64,000 nt of DNA from an uncultured Zhenpiania sp. (GCA_964625475.1 CAZVBL010000004.1:1143-65142); one strand, 5' to 3'; numbered from the stretch's first letter, positions 48,628 through 58,538 are shown. Notes: generated by a model from the letters alone, not told the origin. Numbers and translations: made by a program.

Positions 48628-51564
48628 CTATTTTCCATAATACTCCGAAAGCACCGACATCACGGTCGGTATGTCCAGTGGCTTCGTCAAATGGGCGTTC
48701 ATTCCTGCCCGTATGGTTTTCTTTACATCCTCATCATAGGCGTTCGCTGTCATGGCGATAATGGGGACGGTCGCCGCATCCGGGCGATCCATCGTGCGTA
48801 TTGTGCGAGTTGCCTCCAGGCCATCCATGACCGGCATCATGATATCCATCAAAATCACATGATAATACCCAGGCGTTGAGGCTGCAAATTTTTCCACCGC
48901 CGCTTTTCCATTTTCCGCAGGAAACACCTGTGCTCTTTCGTCCTCCAACACGGATCGGATGATTTCCATATTGAGCGCATTGTCCTCGACCGCAAGTATT
49001 CTCATGCCCGTTAGGTCACAAGCGACAGGTTTTGATTCTGAAAAAAGTTTGGGTTTCAATTCGGTAATCTCAATCGGCAGTTCTATGGTGAATTTGCTGC
49101 CCCTGTCCAACTGGCTTTCTACGGAAATCGACCCGCCCATCATATCGACGAACTGCTTGGTGATGGACATTCCAAGCCCGGTGCCCTTGTAATTCGTCCG
49201 GCCTCCTCCATCCGCCTGGGAAAAGGGTTCCCAGATATGTTCCAGGAACTCAGGGGTCATGCCGATGCCCGTATCCTCAACCTCAAACCGAATCATCGTT
49301 TCCCTGTCGGCATCGGGCGATTCCTCGATGCGAAACACGATTTTTCCGCCATCGGGCGTGAATTTCACCGCATTTCCAAGGATGTTCACCAAAATCTGCC
49401 GCAGGCGAAGTTCATCTCCTATCCGATACGGGTGTCGATATTCAGGGAATTCCCGGACAAATTCGATTTCCCTGTTCACCATCTGCCCCTGGATAATGGC
49501 AACGCAACGTTCTATCATGATCGTCATGTCCATGAACTCATGATTCAGGGATATCTTGCCGCTTTCGATGCGGCTCATGTCCAATACATCGTTAATGAGG
49601 TTCAGCAAATGTTCCGAGGATTCCAAAATTTTGCCGAGGCAGTCCTCCACCCTTTTCGGATTGTTCAGGGAACGCATGGCAATGTTGCCCATGCCCATGA
49701 TCCCATTGATGGGAGTGCGAATGTCATGTGACATGTTGGACAAAAATGTGCTCTTCGCCTGGTTGGCATATTTGGCCTGTTTCAACGCTTCTTCCAACGC
49801 TTTTCGCTGCTCCATCTCTTTTTTGATGGTTTCCGTTATGATTCTTTTTGCCAGGACCACTTGGTAACCGCGATCCTGCTCCGACAGCTTCGTGAAACGA
49901 AATTGGATGTAATCGGGTTCTTCCGCATTGTTGCGCAAATTCACATTGTAAATGCTTTTGTCCTGAAGTTGTTCCAGGATGAAATCGAGCTTTGTGGCAT
50001 CGAGCCACATTTCTTTGTCTTCATCGTGAACATGCTCCACATATGCGGAAATGGCCTCATAGTAATCGTTGCTGCTTGCCAGCGCTGCGATTTCCGGCGA
50101 ATCATCGTTCGCCTTGTATACGGACATCTCTTCGGTCTCGCAGTCGATCAATGCGATAAAATTGTAATCGCTGCTCAAAGCGGCGATGATTTCATAGGAT
50201 TCCTCCAGCATCTCCTTTTGGGATATTTCGCTGCGCATTTCATCATCCACGCCATGAACGCCCATGACGACCTGATGCTTGCCATCCTGCCACCCGCCCA
50301 TGCGAACCAGTTTCAACTGATAATATTCGATCTCCCCATCCTGCTGGATGCGATAATTCACATTGAGGGAGGCCTGCATGTCCAGCTCCATCCACAAATG
50401 CTCCGGGGAACACATCAGGTACAGGAATTCTTGATCCTCCTCGTAGACGACATCATGGATGTAACGTCTCATGCTTTCCTGAAATGAATGTTTTCCCGCA
50501 AAAAAGGCGTTGCCTTCACCGCTCATGTCATCGTTCGTGCGGTAAGGGGTTGCGGTTCCCGCATCAAGATCCACCAGATAGACGAAGCTATATTCCGCAC
50601 ATAAAGCCTGTATTATTGCAAACTGTTGCTTTTTTTCCTCCCACAGTTTGATCTCATCGCTTGTTTTTTTTGCAGTCTGATCCAGGAGTATGCGCTGGAA
50701 AACCAACTCTCCATTTTCCATCAGCAGTTTGATTTTCCCGCTCACATCGAGTATGGTGCCATCCTTGTGGCAAACCCTGTATTCGATGTCCGCACTATCC
50801 CCAACCTTCTCAAGGTGCCGCAGGCATTCCCGGAACCTGGGCTTATCCTCTTCTGCCACGGAATCAGCGATCAAATCAAATCCTGCCGCCTCCAGCTCTT
50901 CCCTGCTTTCGTATCCCAGAATTTTGAGGGCGGCGCGATTGACGCCGAGTATTCGGTTCCCATGCACCGTATGACGTATCATGCCGCAGTCCGTAGAGGC
51001 AAAGATGGCTTCCAATACCTGGCTTTGGTTCTCCAGTTTTTCTTTGTCCGCTGCGCTGGATCTGTCATAACGTTCGGTAAATACGACATATTTGAGGATT
51101 CGCCCCAGCTTTCGCATGGCCGCCCGCTCTTCCTGCGTCCATGTCCGTTTGGCATGAAAATCGATCATTCCCACGTTCCCGTCACATTCCTGGTCCCTCA
51201 GGATCCCATAACGCAGAATCTCATAGTCCGATTTTTCCACGCCGCCTTTTGGCATGATTCCATCTGCCGTCACTTCGCTCAGGCCTTCCTCATCGTACAG
51301 AACCAATGCCCTGTTCCAGAACTCGTCCGAAACCGTATGGATTTTTCCTTGAAAGTTGTACCGTTCTTCTGAAAAACTCGCATGGGTGACCACATATCCC
51401 TGATAGCCGATTAAAGCTTCTGCGACATAGGCAACATCAACGTTGAATTTCGTGCGGCAGGCATCCAAAATGCGCATGATATCCACATTCTCCACACGAT
51501 CTTTTCCTTGCAGCGCAAAACAATACTCCTGTAAGTCATCATCAATCCTGGTCTGCATCGTCAT
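48628..51564 (-). CDS. Orphan hybrid histidine kinase (GAF-like/PAS-HisKA-HATPase-REC)
   Basis: No TM segments; SNMSHDIRTP, NILGNAVKF, GTGLG, receiver EDN / ILMDIMMP; RBS GAGGAG before ATG 51564. Confidence 0.93.
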   Translation of the reverse strand: MTMQTRIDDDLQEYCFALQGKDRVENVDIMRILDACRTKFNVDVAYVAEALIGYQGYVVTHASFSEERYNFQGKIHTVSDEFWNRALVLYDEEGLSEVTADGIMPKGGVEKSDYEILRYGILRDQECDGNVGMIDFHAKRTWTQEERAAMRKLGRILKYVVFTERYDRSSAADKEKLENQSQVLEAIFASTDCGMIRHTVHGNRILGVNRAALKILGYESREELEAAGFDLIADSVAEEDKPRFRECLRHLEKVGDSADIEYRVCHKDGTILDVSGKIKLLMENGELVFQRILLDQTAKKTSDEIKLWEEKKQQFAIIQALCAEYSFVYLVDLDAGTATPYRTNDDMSGEGNAFFAGKHSFQESMRRYIHDVVYEEDQEFLYLMCSPEHLWMELDMQASLNVNYRIQQDGEIEYYQLKLVRMGGWQDGKHQVVMGVHGVDDEMRSEISQKEMLEESYEIIAALSSDYNFIALIDCETEEMSVYKANDDSPEIAALASSNDYYEAISAYVEHVHDEDKEMWLDATKLDFILEQLQDKSIYNVNLRNNAEEPDYIQFRFTKLSEQDRGYQVVLAKRIITETIKKEMEQRKALEEALKQAKYANQAKSTFLSNMSHDIRTPINGIMGMGNIAMRSLNNPKRVEDCLGKILESSEHLLNLINDVLDMSRIESGKISLNHEFMDMTIMIERCVAIIQGQMVNREIEFVREFPEYRHPYRIGDELRLRQILVNILGNAVKFTPDGGKIVFRIEESPDADRETMIRFEVEDTGIGMTPEFLEHIWEPFSQADGGGRTNYKGTGLGMSITKQFVDMMGGSISVESQLDRGSKFTIELPIEITELKPKLFSESKPVACDLTGMRILAVEDNALNMEIIRSVLEDERAQVFPAENGKAAVEKFAASTPGYYHVILMDIMMPVMDGLEATRTIRTMDRPDAATVPIIAMTANAYDEDVKKTIRAGMNAHLTKPLDIPTVMSVLSEYYGK

Positions 51565-51783
51565 AGCCGATTCTCCTCGGACAATCTCCAATTTTGTCCG
51601 GATTGTCCCCAATCATCCCGTTTTTCAGCTTTACGTTTCCTTTAACAATATACCACAATCTCGGCTTTAAGGCAAAAGAAAAAGAATCGCCACAGACAAT
51701 TGTTTCCACGTCCCATCGCAGGGCAGCATGGGCTCTGGCACTTTTCAACATGTCCCTCCCTTGTTTTCAGTGAGTTCCAGGCA

Positions 51784-51978
51784 TTATCCACAGGATTTTT
51801 GAAATCGTATACAATTTTATCCATAGCCCCATGTGGATAAACATATTTTTACAATCGTTGATATTTCAACACTTTCATCATTCTGCAAAAATAAGTTATC
51901 CACAGTTTTCCACAATCTCTTCCAGATATTTTCAAATCATGCTGGATCCATTGATTTTTCATCGTTTTCTGTGGATGA
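51784..51978. promoter_or_regulatory. DnaA-box cluster
   Basis: Perfect TTATCCACA at 51784 (+), 51832 (-) and 51896 (+); one-mismatch boxes at 51817 (+), 51906 (+) and 51970 (-); AT-rich intergenic DNA. Confidence 0.85.
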
Positions 51979-52111
51979 AACCTCGCATTTCCTTGAAAGA
52001 TCGGAAAAATCCTGTCGTTTCCACCGTTTCCATGAAACAACAGTATACTTGTCTCGAAAAGTATGATACACTAAAACCTCAAATCAAAGAACCACATGGA
52101 GGATACCTGTT

Positions 52112-52810
52112 ATGATAAGAAAAATCATTGAAATCAACGAAGAAGCTTGCAACGGCTGCGGCCTGTGCGCAGAGGCATGCCACGAAAGCGCGATCGGCAT
52201 GGTGGACGGAAAAGCCAAATTGCTGCGGGACGATTACTGCGATGGTCTGGGGGATTGCCTGCCGGCATGTCCTACCGGAGCCATTTCCTTTGTGGAACGG
52301 GAAGCGGATCCATACGACGAGGCCGCCGTCATGGCGAACAAAGAAAAAAAGCAGGGTGCGGCCTCCGCTCCTTGCGGATGTCCGGGGAGCAACGCCAGGA
52401 TCCTATCGCCTGAACCAAAAACGACAGGCTCCTGCGACCCTGCTTCCACGCAGCTGAGGCAGTGGCCGGTGCAGATCAAGCTGGCTCCTATCCACGCACC
52501 CTATTTTCAGGATGCGAAACTTCTCATCGCAGCGGACTGCGCAGCATACGCTTATGGGAACTTTCACAATGCGTTCATGAAGGGAACCGTCACCCTCATC
52601 GGCTGCCCGAAGCTGGATGACATCGATTATACGGAAAAACTGACGGAAATCATCCGGCAAAACGACATCAAAAGCGTGACCGTTGCGCGCATGGAAGTGC
52701 CTTGCTGCGGCGGCATTGAAACGGCTGTCAAAAATGCGCTGCAGGCCAGCGGCAAATTCCTGCCGTGGCAGGTGGTGACCATCTCCACGGATGGGCGGAT
52801 TTTGGACTAG
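52112..52810 (+). CDS. 4Fe-4S dicluster protein with a C-terminal Cys-containing domain
   Basis: CNGCGLCAEAC, CDGLGDCLPACP, LRQWPVQ, AADC, GCPKLD, MEVPCC. Confidence 0.9.
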   Translation: MIRKIIEINEEACNGCGLCAEACHESAIGMVDGKAKLLRDDYCDGLGDCLPACPTGAISFVEREADPYDEAAVMANKEKKQGAASAPCGCPGSNARILSPEPKTTGSCDPASTQLRQWPVQIKLAPIHAPYFQDAKLLIAADCAAYAYGNFHNAFMKGTVTLIGCPKLDDIDYTEKLTEIIRQNDIKSVTVARMEVPCCGGIETAVKNALQASGKFLPWQVVTISTDGRILD

Positions 52811-53442
52811 AATCCCATTTCTTCCATAATCAGGACGACTTCAACATCATCAATATCGTTCATCTTTGCATGATGCACAACGATGGCATTGCATATTTTT
52901 CCTTCCGTATTGCAGTTAAAACATCGATGTTCCCCCGACTTCACGCAAGGCGTTGGCAAGTTGTATTTGAGCGCATTCAAGGGTGCCGCTACGTTGCGTG
53001 CCCTGTACATCGCCCGATCCAGATCCGGTTCGATCTTGTTTGCCGAAACGATGAAAAACACCTTTTCATGCCCGAAAAGGGATCCCGCTATGCGGTTTCC
53101 AGTGCCATCGATGTTGACCATTTCCCCCGTCTGTGCCATGCCGTTTACGGATGTGAGAAATACATCGGTCAGCATCGCTTTCCTTGCCAAATCGAGAAAC
53201 TCATCATTGTCTTTGCTCTGATACGGGTCGTACACCGTATTATGGCTGCGAAGCCTTCGGTACAAGCCCATGTCTGCCATCGTTCTGCTGTCGCCAAAAC
53301 CGACGGTTTTCTGGTCGATCGACGCATCTACATACTGCGCGGCTTCCTCTGCAGTTTCAAACACAGAGACTTGGTACCGCTTTCTGATGAGAGCCTTTCT
53401 TGTTTTTTCTACTGCCTCTTTCATGTGTTCCATGTGTTCCAA
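52807..53442 (-). CDS. LUD-domain (lactate utilization-like) protein
   Basis: GFGDSRT, LTSVNG, NIDGTGNR, GEHRC..C..C; TTG or a nearby ATG start. Confidence 0.85.
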   Translation of the reverse strand: MEHMEHMKEAVEKTRKALIRKRYQVSVFETAEEAAQYVDASIDQKTVGFGDSRTMADMGLYRRLRSHNTVYDPYQSKDNDEFLDLARKAMLTDVFLTSVNGMAQTGEMVNIDGTGNRIAGSLFGHEKVFFIVSANKIEPDLDRAMYRARNVAAPLNALKYNLPTPCVKSGEHRCFNCNTEGKICNAIVVHHAKMNDIDDVEVVLIMEEMGF

Positions 53443-53555
53443 GAGGGTTCACTTCCTTTCTGGATTTATTGCATATGAGAAATGTCGCGATTGGCAGTTC
53501 CAAAACATGCTTTCCGTTTCATTTGGCAAGCACGCATTTTCGTTGCCTTGCCTGT

Positions 53556-53585
53556 AGTATACTGGAAACAACCGGATTTTTCAAG
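53556..53585 (-). repeat. 30-bp direct repeat copy 1, a sigma-A promoter
   Basis: Minus strand TTGAAA-AATCCGGTTGTTTCCAG-TATACT; 28/30 identical to 61549-61578. Confidence 0.85.
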
Positions 53586-53605
53586 AAAAAGCCAAGGGGT
53601 TGGCA

Positions 53606-54115
53606 TTATTTTTTGTGTTTTTTCTTTTTCTTTTTTGCCGCTGCGTTGGAGCCGATTCTGGCGGCTCGAATTTCCTCATCCGTTCGATTGCTGGATCGAT
53701 TCAGGATTTTTTCAATGTCAGTGCCTTTCCCCGGAGGCGGCACATCAAGGCGTTTCCGTCTCATGGCCTCAAACAAGAGCTGCTTGGCGTTCATGGATAC
53801 GGACGTGGAAAAATTTACCTTTCTATATAAATCGATGAGGTTGCTCGAACCGAGCATTCTCTTGACATCGAAGGTAATGTTCATGATTTTTGCAAAATTG
53901 ATGACATTGTCATCGTTGACATTCGCATCCAGCCTTTTCCATGCGCGTTTCAAAACATTGATGGTGATAATGAGATAAATGATGACACCCAAAAGAAGGT
54001 AGGGAAGCAACATGATGACATTGGCTTTCAATGTGGCGAAAACGCCGCTGTTCGGTGTCACAAAGTACAATGCCACAAATAAAAATATGAGTACTACGAA
54101 TTTATTCCTGCTCAC
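53606..54115 (-). CDS. Hypothetical membrane protein with a poly-Lys tail
   Basis: RBS GGGAGG with GTG start, two N-terminal hydrophobic segments. Confidence 0.75.
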   Translation of the reverse strand: MSRNKFVVLIFLFVALYFVTPNSGVFATLKANVIMLLPYLLLGVIIYLIITINVLKRAWKRLDANVNDDNVINFAKIMNITFDVKRMLGSSNLIDLYRKVNFSTSVSMNAKQLLFEAMRRKRLDVPPPGKGTDIEKILNRSSNRTDEEIRAARIGSNAAAKKKKKKHKK

Positions 54116-54171
54116 TGCGATCCTCCCATGTATTTTGCAGTTTCATGCAACTTTTGTCATCGCCCCTGGCC

Positions 54172-54825
54172 TCAATTCATGTCCTCGGGTTCGCTTTCTT
54201 CTTCCAGCGCGCTTCCTGTCTGGCATCCGTCAACAAAATCGGAATCCGAAGCGATGGAATCCAGCACCATGCCTGCAGCTGCGACCTCTCCTCGTTTCAC
54301 CAGCTCATCGATATGCTTTTCATGATCCAGAACGGAAAGCCCACCGTCCACAGCATCCACCATGATGAAATACGTGCGCCCTTCCTGATCCTTGCATTCC
54401 ACGACATAGAACCTTTTGTAAAAAGAATCTTCTTCGATGATTTCGATCTTCGGAGTGAACATCAGCTTTGCTTTGCTGATGTACTGCCTCATGCAAAACT
54501 GATGGCCAATCTCGTAGCACTGCTCCATGGGAGTGACGGTTTCGAGAGACTCCTCATGCGAAATGGCCTCCTCTATGTATTCCGGCTCACCCTTGGCTTC
54601 GTACACGGATCCGCAAACCCTGTCGATGATGCAGTCAACCAGCTTGTTAAGCGGCTTCATGAATTTGAACTTTTCCTTGCCAACGGTCAAACGATATCGA
54701 AAGCGCACATACGGATAATGAACATTCTCAATGCTTTGGAGATCCAAACCGGGATCTGTATGAAGCAGCAGCATCAGGGCTTCCTTTTGTGTATAAGTTG
54801 GTTTTAACAGCTTTGCCTTTATCAT
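54172..54825 (-). CDS. Hypothetical cytoplasmic protein
   Basis: 217-aa ORF with RBS AAAGGT, co-oriented downstream of the symporter gene. Confidence 0.75.
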   Translation of the reverse strand: MIKAKLLKPTYTQKEALMLLLHTDPGLDLQSIENVHYPYVRFRYRLTVGKEKFKFMKPLNKLVDCIIDRVCGSVYEAKGEPEYIEEAISHEESLETVTPMEQCYEIGHQFCMRQYISKAKLMFTPKIEIIEEDSFYKRFYVVECKDQEGRTYFIMVDAVDGGLSVLDHEKHIDELVKRGEVAAAGMVLDSIASDSDFVDGCQTGSALEEESEPEDMN

Positions 54826-54895
54826 ATGAATCCACCTTTCGCATGATCGCCATCGGGAAAGCAGCTTTACGACAGTGGGACTACATGTCTAAATG

Positions 54896-54928
54896 GGGCT
54901 TTCTGCCAACGCCGTTGGCAGAAAGCCC
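54896..54928. other. Perfect 15-bp hairpin between co-oriented genes
   Basis: GGGCTTTCTGCCAAC-gcc-GTTGGCAGAAAGCCC, no U-tract. Confidence 0.7.
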
Positions 54929-54989
54929 ATTGTCCATCGTTCGCATCTGTAGTTTCATGTGTCAATATCCGCCTTGCGGCAGATGAGTG

Positions 54990-56582
54990 TTACAAAGTCT
55001 CGGCAGCCAAGGCACACCTCTTGCTAAATACAAACTGCGTAATCGCTTTGGTTTCAGTTGACAGATGCTTGGATGTCGCAACCTGCACTTCTTTTGATAC
55101 AGCGACCTTCTTTCCCTTGGCTCTGTCCATGAGGTCGCAGATTTCCTGGCTGGTCGGTTTGCCAAAGTGGCTCCCCACAATCATGGCCAGGGCAGATCCG
55201 ATGACTCCTACGAAGAACTGGTGGCATCCGGTAACAACGTCAAGCCCACACTGTGCCCAAATCTGCACCAATGCGGCTCCTGCGATCATGGATGCCACGG
55301 ATCCCACGGCATTTGCCTTTTTCCACCAGACCGCGCATACATAGCTCGGCAGGAACGCTGCGCCCATGAAGCTGAACGTATCGACGATTAGGTCGAAAAT
55401 GCCCGGTGGGTTCAATATCGCAATGATGATGCCGATAATGCCCACAACAATGATGGATCCTTTGGATACGATTACAACGCTCTTGTCGCTGGCATCCTTC
55501 TTGAGCCATCTTTTATAAAAGTCGATGGAAATGATGGTCGCAATCAGCAGCATCAAAGCGGCAACCGTACTCATGACCGCCGACATGATCGCCGTAAGCA
55601 GCAATCCTGATATGACGCCTGGCAGCTGAACCTCTGCCAGCGAAGGGATTACCAGTTCAGGATCTGCGTTGATCAGTCCGGAAGGATCCTTTGTAAACAT
55701 GATAAGCCCGGCAAGCCCAAGGAAATAAGGGATGTAACAAAATAGCTGGGTCCAGATCGTGGCATAGATGACGGACGTTTTCACTGCCTTGGGACTGCCC
55801 ATGGCCATGTGTTTGTTGACGCTGTGAGGCAGACCCATGTAGCCCACCATGTAAATCAGCACGGCACCGGCAATGACGCCGTAACCGCCTTCATACATGT
55901 TGTCTTTGCCCCATACGCTCAGGAGCGTAGGATCGATGGCCGCCAACGATTCATTCAGTCCTACGAACCATCCCACTTTCGTCATTGTAATGATGAACAC
56001 GAGGATCAGCGATCCGATCATGATGAAGCCCTGGATGCAGTCTGTCCACGCAACTGCGAAATACCCGCCTATGAACGTGTAGAACAAGATGACCGCGACA
56101 CCGACGACAAGCCCGACTTCCAGCGGAAATCCGAACAGAGCCACCAGCGTTTTGCCAGTCGTCATGAACTGCCCCAGCACATAGCACGCAAGGCCAAAGA
56201 CTGCAATGATGCAGCCGATAATTTTGACGGGAATGGATTGATATCTTTTTTCAAGATACTCGATCGGCGAAATCGCATCCAGCAGCTGGGAAAGCCTCCG
56301 CATCCTTCTTCCCAGCACGGTCAGGTTGATCATGCCGCCCATGCTGTCTCCGACCGCATAGAAGATTGCGAAGTATCCCATCGCATATGCCTCCGATGGA
56401 CCGCCCATGAACATGAATCCGCTCATTGCGGTTGTTTGAAGCGTCAACGCTGTAATGAGTGGCCCCATGGATCTCCCGCCGACCATGTAATCCGCGGAAC
56501 TTTTTGCCCTCTTGTTCCAATAAATCCCCATGGCGATCATGCCGATAAAATAAACAAACAGTACAATGATTTCTACCCTCAT
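54990..56582 (-). CDS. Sodium:solute (PutP-like) symporter
   Basis: DYMVGGR, AMSGFMFMG.P, FIGGYFAVAWTD..QG, GYMGLPH, SAVMST. Confidence 0.93.
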   Translation of the reverse strand: MRVEIIVLFVYFIGMIAMGIYWNKRAKSSADYMVGGRSMGPLITALTLQTTAMSGFMFMGGPSEAYAMGYFAIFYAVGDSMGGMINLTVLGRRMRRLSQLLDAISPIEYLEKRYQSIPVKIIGCIIAVFGLACYVLGQFMTTGKTLVALFGFPLEVGLVVGVAVILFYTFIGGYFAVAWTDCIQGFIMIGSLILVFIITMTKVGWFVGLNESLAAIDPTLLSVWGKDNMYEGGYGVIAGAVLIYMVGYMGLPHSVNKHMAMGSPKAVKTSVIYATIWTQLFCYIPYFLGLAGLIMFTKDPSGLINADPELVIPSLAEVQLPGVISGLLLTAIMSAVMSTVAALMLLIATIISIDFYKRWLKKDASDKSVVIVSKGSIIVVGIIGIIIAILNPPGIFDLIVDTFSFMGAAFLPSYVCAVWWKKANAVGSVASMIAGAALVQIWAQCGLDVVTGCHQFFVGVIGSALAMIVGSHFGKPTSQEICDLMDRAKGKKVAVSKEVQVATSKHLSTETKAITQFVFSKRCALAAETL

Positions 56583-56764
56583 GCCTGAGCCACCCCCTCA
56601 TTGTCATGCCTCTTTTTTTCATCAATGAACACCTCAAATTCGGAATCATCGATCTGGGCATCCTGTCTCTTCATAACGGAATAGATGATGACAGCCGCAA
56701 TGATGTTGACGAATGGCCAGATTAAAATGGCCAAAAATGTGGTGATTGGCATTCCTATAATCAT
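56579..56764 (-). CDS. Small single-TM symporter accessory protein
   Basis: RBS AGGAGG, one TM, ATGA overlap with the symporter gene. Confidence 0.75.
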   Translation of the reverse strand: MIIGMPITTFLAILIWPFVNIIAAVIIYSVMKRQDAQIDDSEFEVFIDEKKRHDNEGVAQA

Positions 56765-56960
56765 AACTTGAACCTCCTAACATAAAAACTGAAATGCTTC
56801 TTTGCTTGCAGGCGCTGACGCCGCAAGGCAACCCACCCCCATAAAACTCCTCTTCCTCCAGGACGATGCCATGAAATTGACAAGCATCTACCCCATCGAT
56901 GAAAATGGAACGATCTACACAGGCTTGCTCCTCAGACCTGGAAGCATGCATCACACTATT

Positions 56961-56989
56961 ATCTTACTAATATTCAGACAACTTCTCAA
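56961..56989 (-). promoter_or_regulatory. sigma-A promoter giving a leader of about 190 nt
   Basis: TTGAGA-17bp-TAAGAT. Confidence 0.55.
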
Positions 56990-57065
56990 TAGCAGCTACC
57001 TTTATTTAAAGAAAATTTAGGTTGGGTTTTAAGTAAATTTAATATTTTCTTTATTATCGGCACTT

Positions 57066-58538
57066 TTATTTTAAGTAACGGGAAGCAGTCGCCCGATAAG
57101 CCGCGATTTTTTTTCCAACAGACTGGCTGCGCCGACTGAAAAAGCTGATGCTGACAAAAAATATAACATTGACCATAAGCCCCAGCACGGCGCAAGGGGC
57201 GGAAGTCATGGATGTAACGCCATCCAAAAAGAAAAATGTCAGAACACCGCTCCACAAACCTGCCAGGGCTGCCAAAGCCGTGGAACGTTTCCAAAAAAGA
57301 GCGCCGAGCACCGGCACGATCAATTGCATCGTTCCACCCATGGAAAGGACAGCGATATCAAAGACGCTCTGAGGGATCAGCAGGATCAGAAGATATGTGA
57401 CTCCAGAAACCACTACTACCGCCCATTTGGCAACAGACAGAAGATTCTTTTCCGTTATGTTGCGGTTTGCATACCGTTTGTGGATGTCGATTGTATAAAT
57501 GGCTACCAAAGCATGGATTTGGGAATTTGCTGTAGAAAGAATGGCCGCAACGATGCCGATGACTACGAAAGCGCACAAAAGGGGCGGCGCATAACGGCTC
57601 ATCATGCTGGCAATGAGCATGTCTCCCCCATCGTTGTTTTTGTTCAGAAGAATGCTGGCCGTCCCTGCGAAAAGGGTTCCAACGCAGACGATGGACGAAA
57701 GGCACAGGAAAAAAGGCAGCGTTTCAAAATGCCGCACCGATCCTGCGGCAAAATTTCGTATCCATATTTGAGGTCCCATAAAAGCGCCGACAGGCACGAC
57801 GAAAAACAAGGAAAGCCAAAGGGCAGTCCTGTTGAATCCAGCATCTTCCCCCCCCAATGTCACATGATCGATGCCATCGTCCACCACGCGGGCAAACATG
57901 GTTTCCATCCCGCCTGCCGTTTTCATGAGATAAAAGCCGCATCCCAGCAGCGTGATAATGATCAGCGCTCCGTAAAAGATATCTGTCAACGCAACCGCCC
58001 GCAGGCCGCCGGCCCACAAATAGATGACCAACACGGCAAAAAAAATCAATCCGCTGACCTGCCAGGAAATATAACCTCTTGTGACAGCTTGAAGGAGCAA
58101 AATCCCTCCCATCATCTGCGCAAGAAGATAGAACATGGTAAAGACAATGGTCACCACTGTCACTGACAAACTCAAAAGGCGGCTGCCGTAGATATCGTCA
58201 AAGAAATCGGCAGGAGTCACATATCCATAAGTTTTTCCATAAAACCAGATCCTCCTTCCAACAGCATAGAAGAGGACGGCAAAAAGAGCGTCCCAGCCGA
58301 TCGTTGTCATGTAAATGGGACCTGCTTCATAGAAATAGGCAATGCCTCCCATGAACGCAAATGCGCTCATCCATGTCGCAAAGACCGTAGCGTACATGGG
58401 AAAAAGTTTCAGTTTTCTCCCCTGCAGAAAAAAGTCCGATATGGTAGGCGCCGAATAGTTCCTGGCAATCTCTGCCAAAAGCAGCGGAATAAAAAGAAAC
58501 GTGCAAATCATCAGCATCACGATTGGATTTACGGTCAT
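57066..58538 (-). CDS. Sodium:solute symporter family protein
   Basis: DFFLQGR, MSAFAFMGG, GGLRAVALTD, AILSTANS; RBS AAGGAGG. Confidence 0.92.
   Translation of the reverse strand: MTVNPIVMLMICTFLFIPLLLAEIARNYSAPTISDFFLQGRKLKLFPMYATVFATWMSAFAFMGGIAYFYEAGPIYMTTIGWDALFAVLFYAVGRRIWFYGKTYGYVTPADFFDDIYGSRLLSLSVTVVTIVFTMFYLLAQMMGGILLLQAVTRGYISWQVSGLIFFAVLVIYLWAGGLRAVALTDIFYGALIIITLLGCGFYLMKTAGGMETMFARVVDDGIDHVTLGGEDAGFNRTALWLSLFFVVPVGAFMGPQIWIRNFAAGSVRHFETLPFFLCLSSIVCVGTLFAGTASILLNKNNDGGDMLIASMMSRYAPPLLCAFVVIGIVAAILSTANSQIHALVAIYTIDIHKRYANRNITEKNLLSVAKWAVVVVSGVTYLLILLIPQSVFDIAVLSMGGTMQLIVPVLGALFWKRSTALAALAGLWSGVLTFFFLDGVTSMTSAPCAVLGLMVNVIFFVSISFFSRRSQSVGKKIAAYRATASRYLK

Noticed and set aside
51784-51978. 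oriC call for the DnaA-box cluster
   Set aside because: No dnaA/dnaN adjacent, no DnaA-trio run seen, no switch in gene strand bias; kept as a non-origin cluster
52807-52810. Convergent genes share a palindromic CTAG double stop
   Set aside because: A common compact arrangement
53416-53442. 9-bp tandem repeat at the LUD start (MEHMEHM)
   Set aside because: Only affects the choice of start codon
57848-57855. In-frame G8 tract in the SSS gene
   Set aside because: Encodes Leu-Gly-Gly-Glu in a loop and the frame is intact; no evidence of slippage
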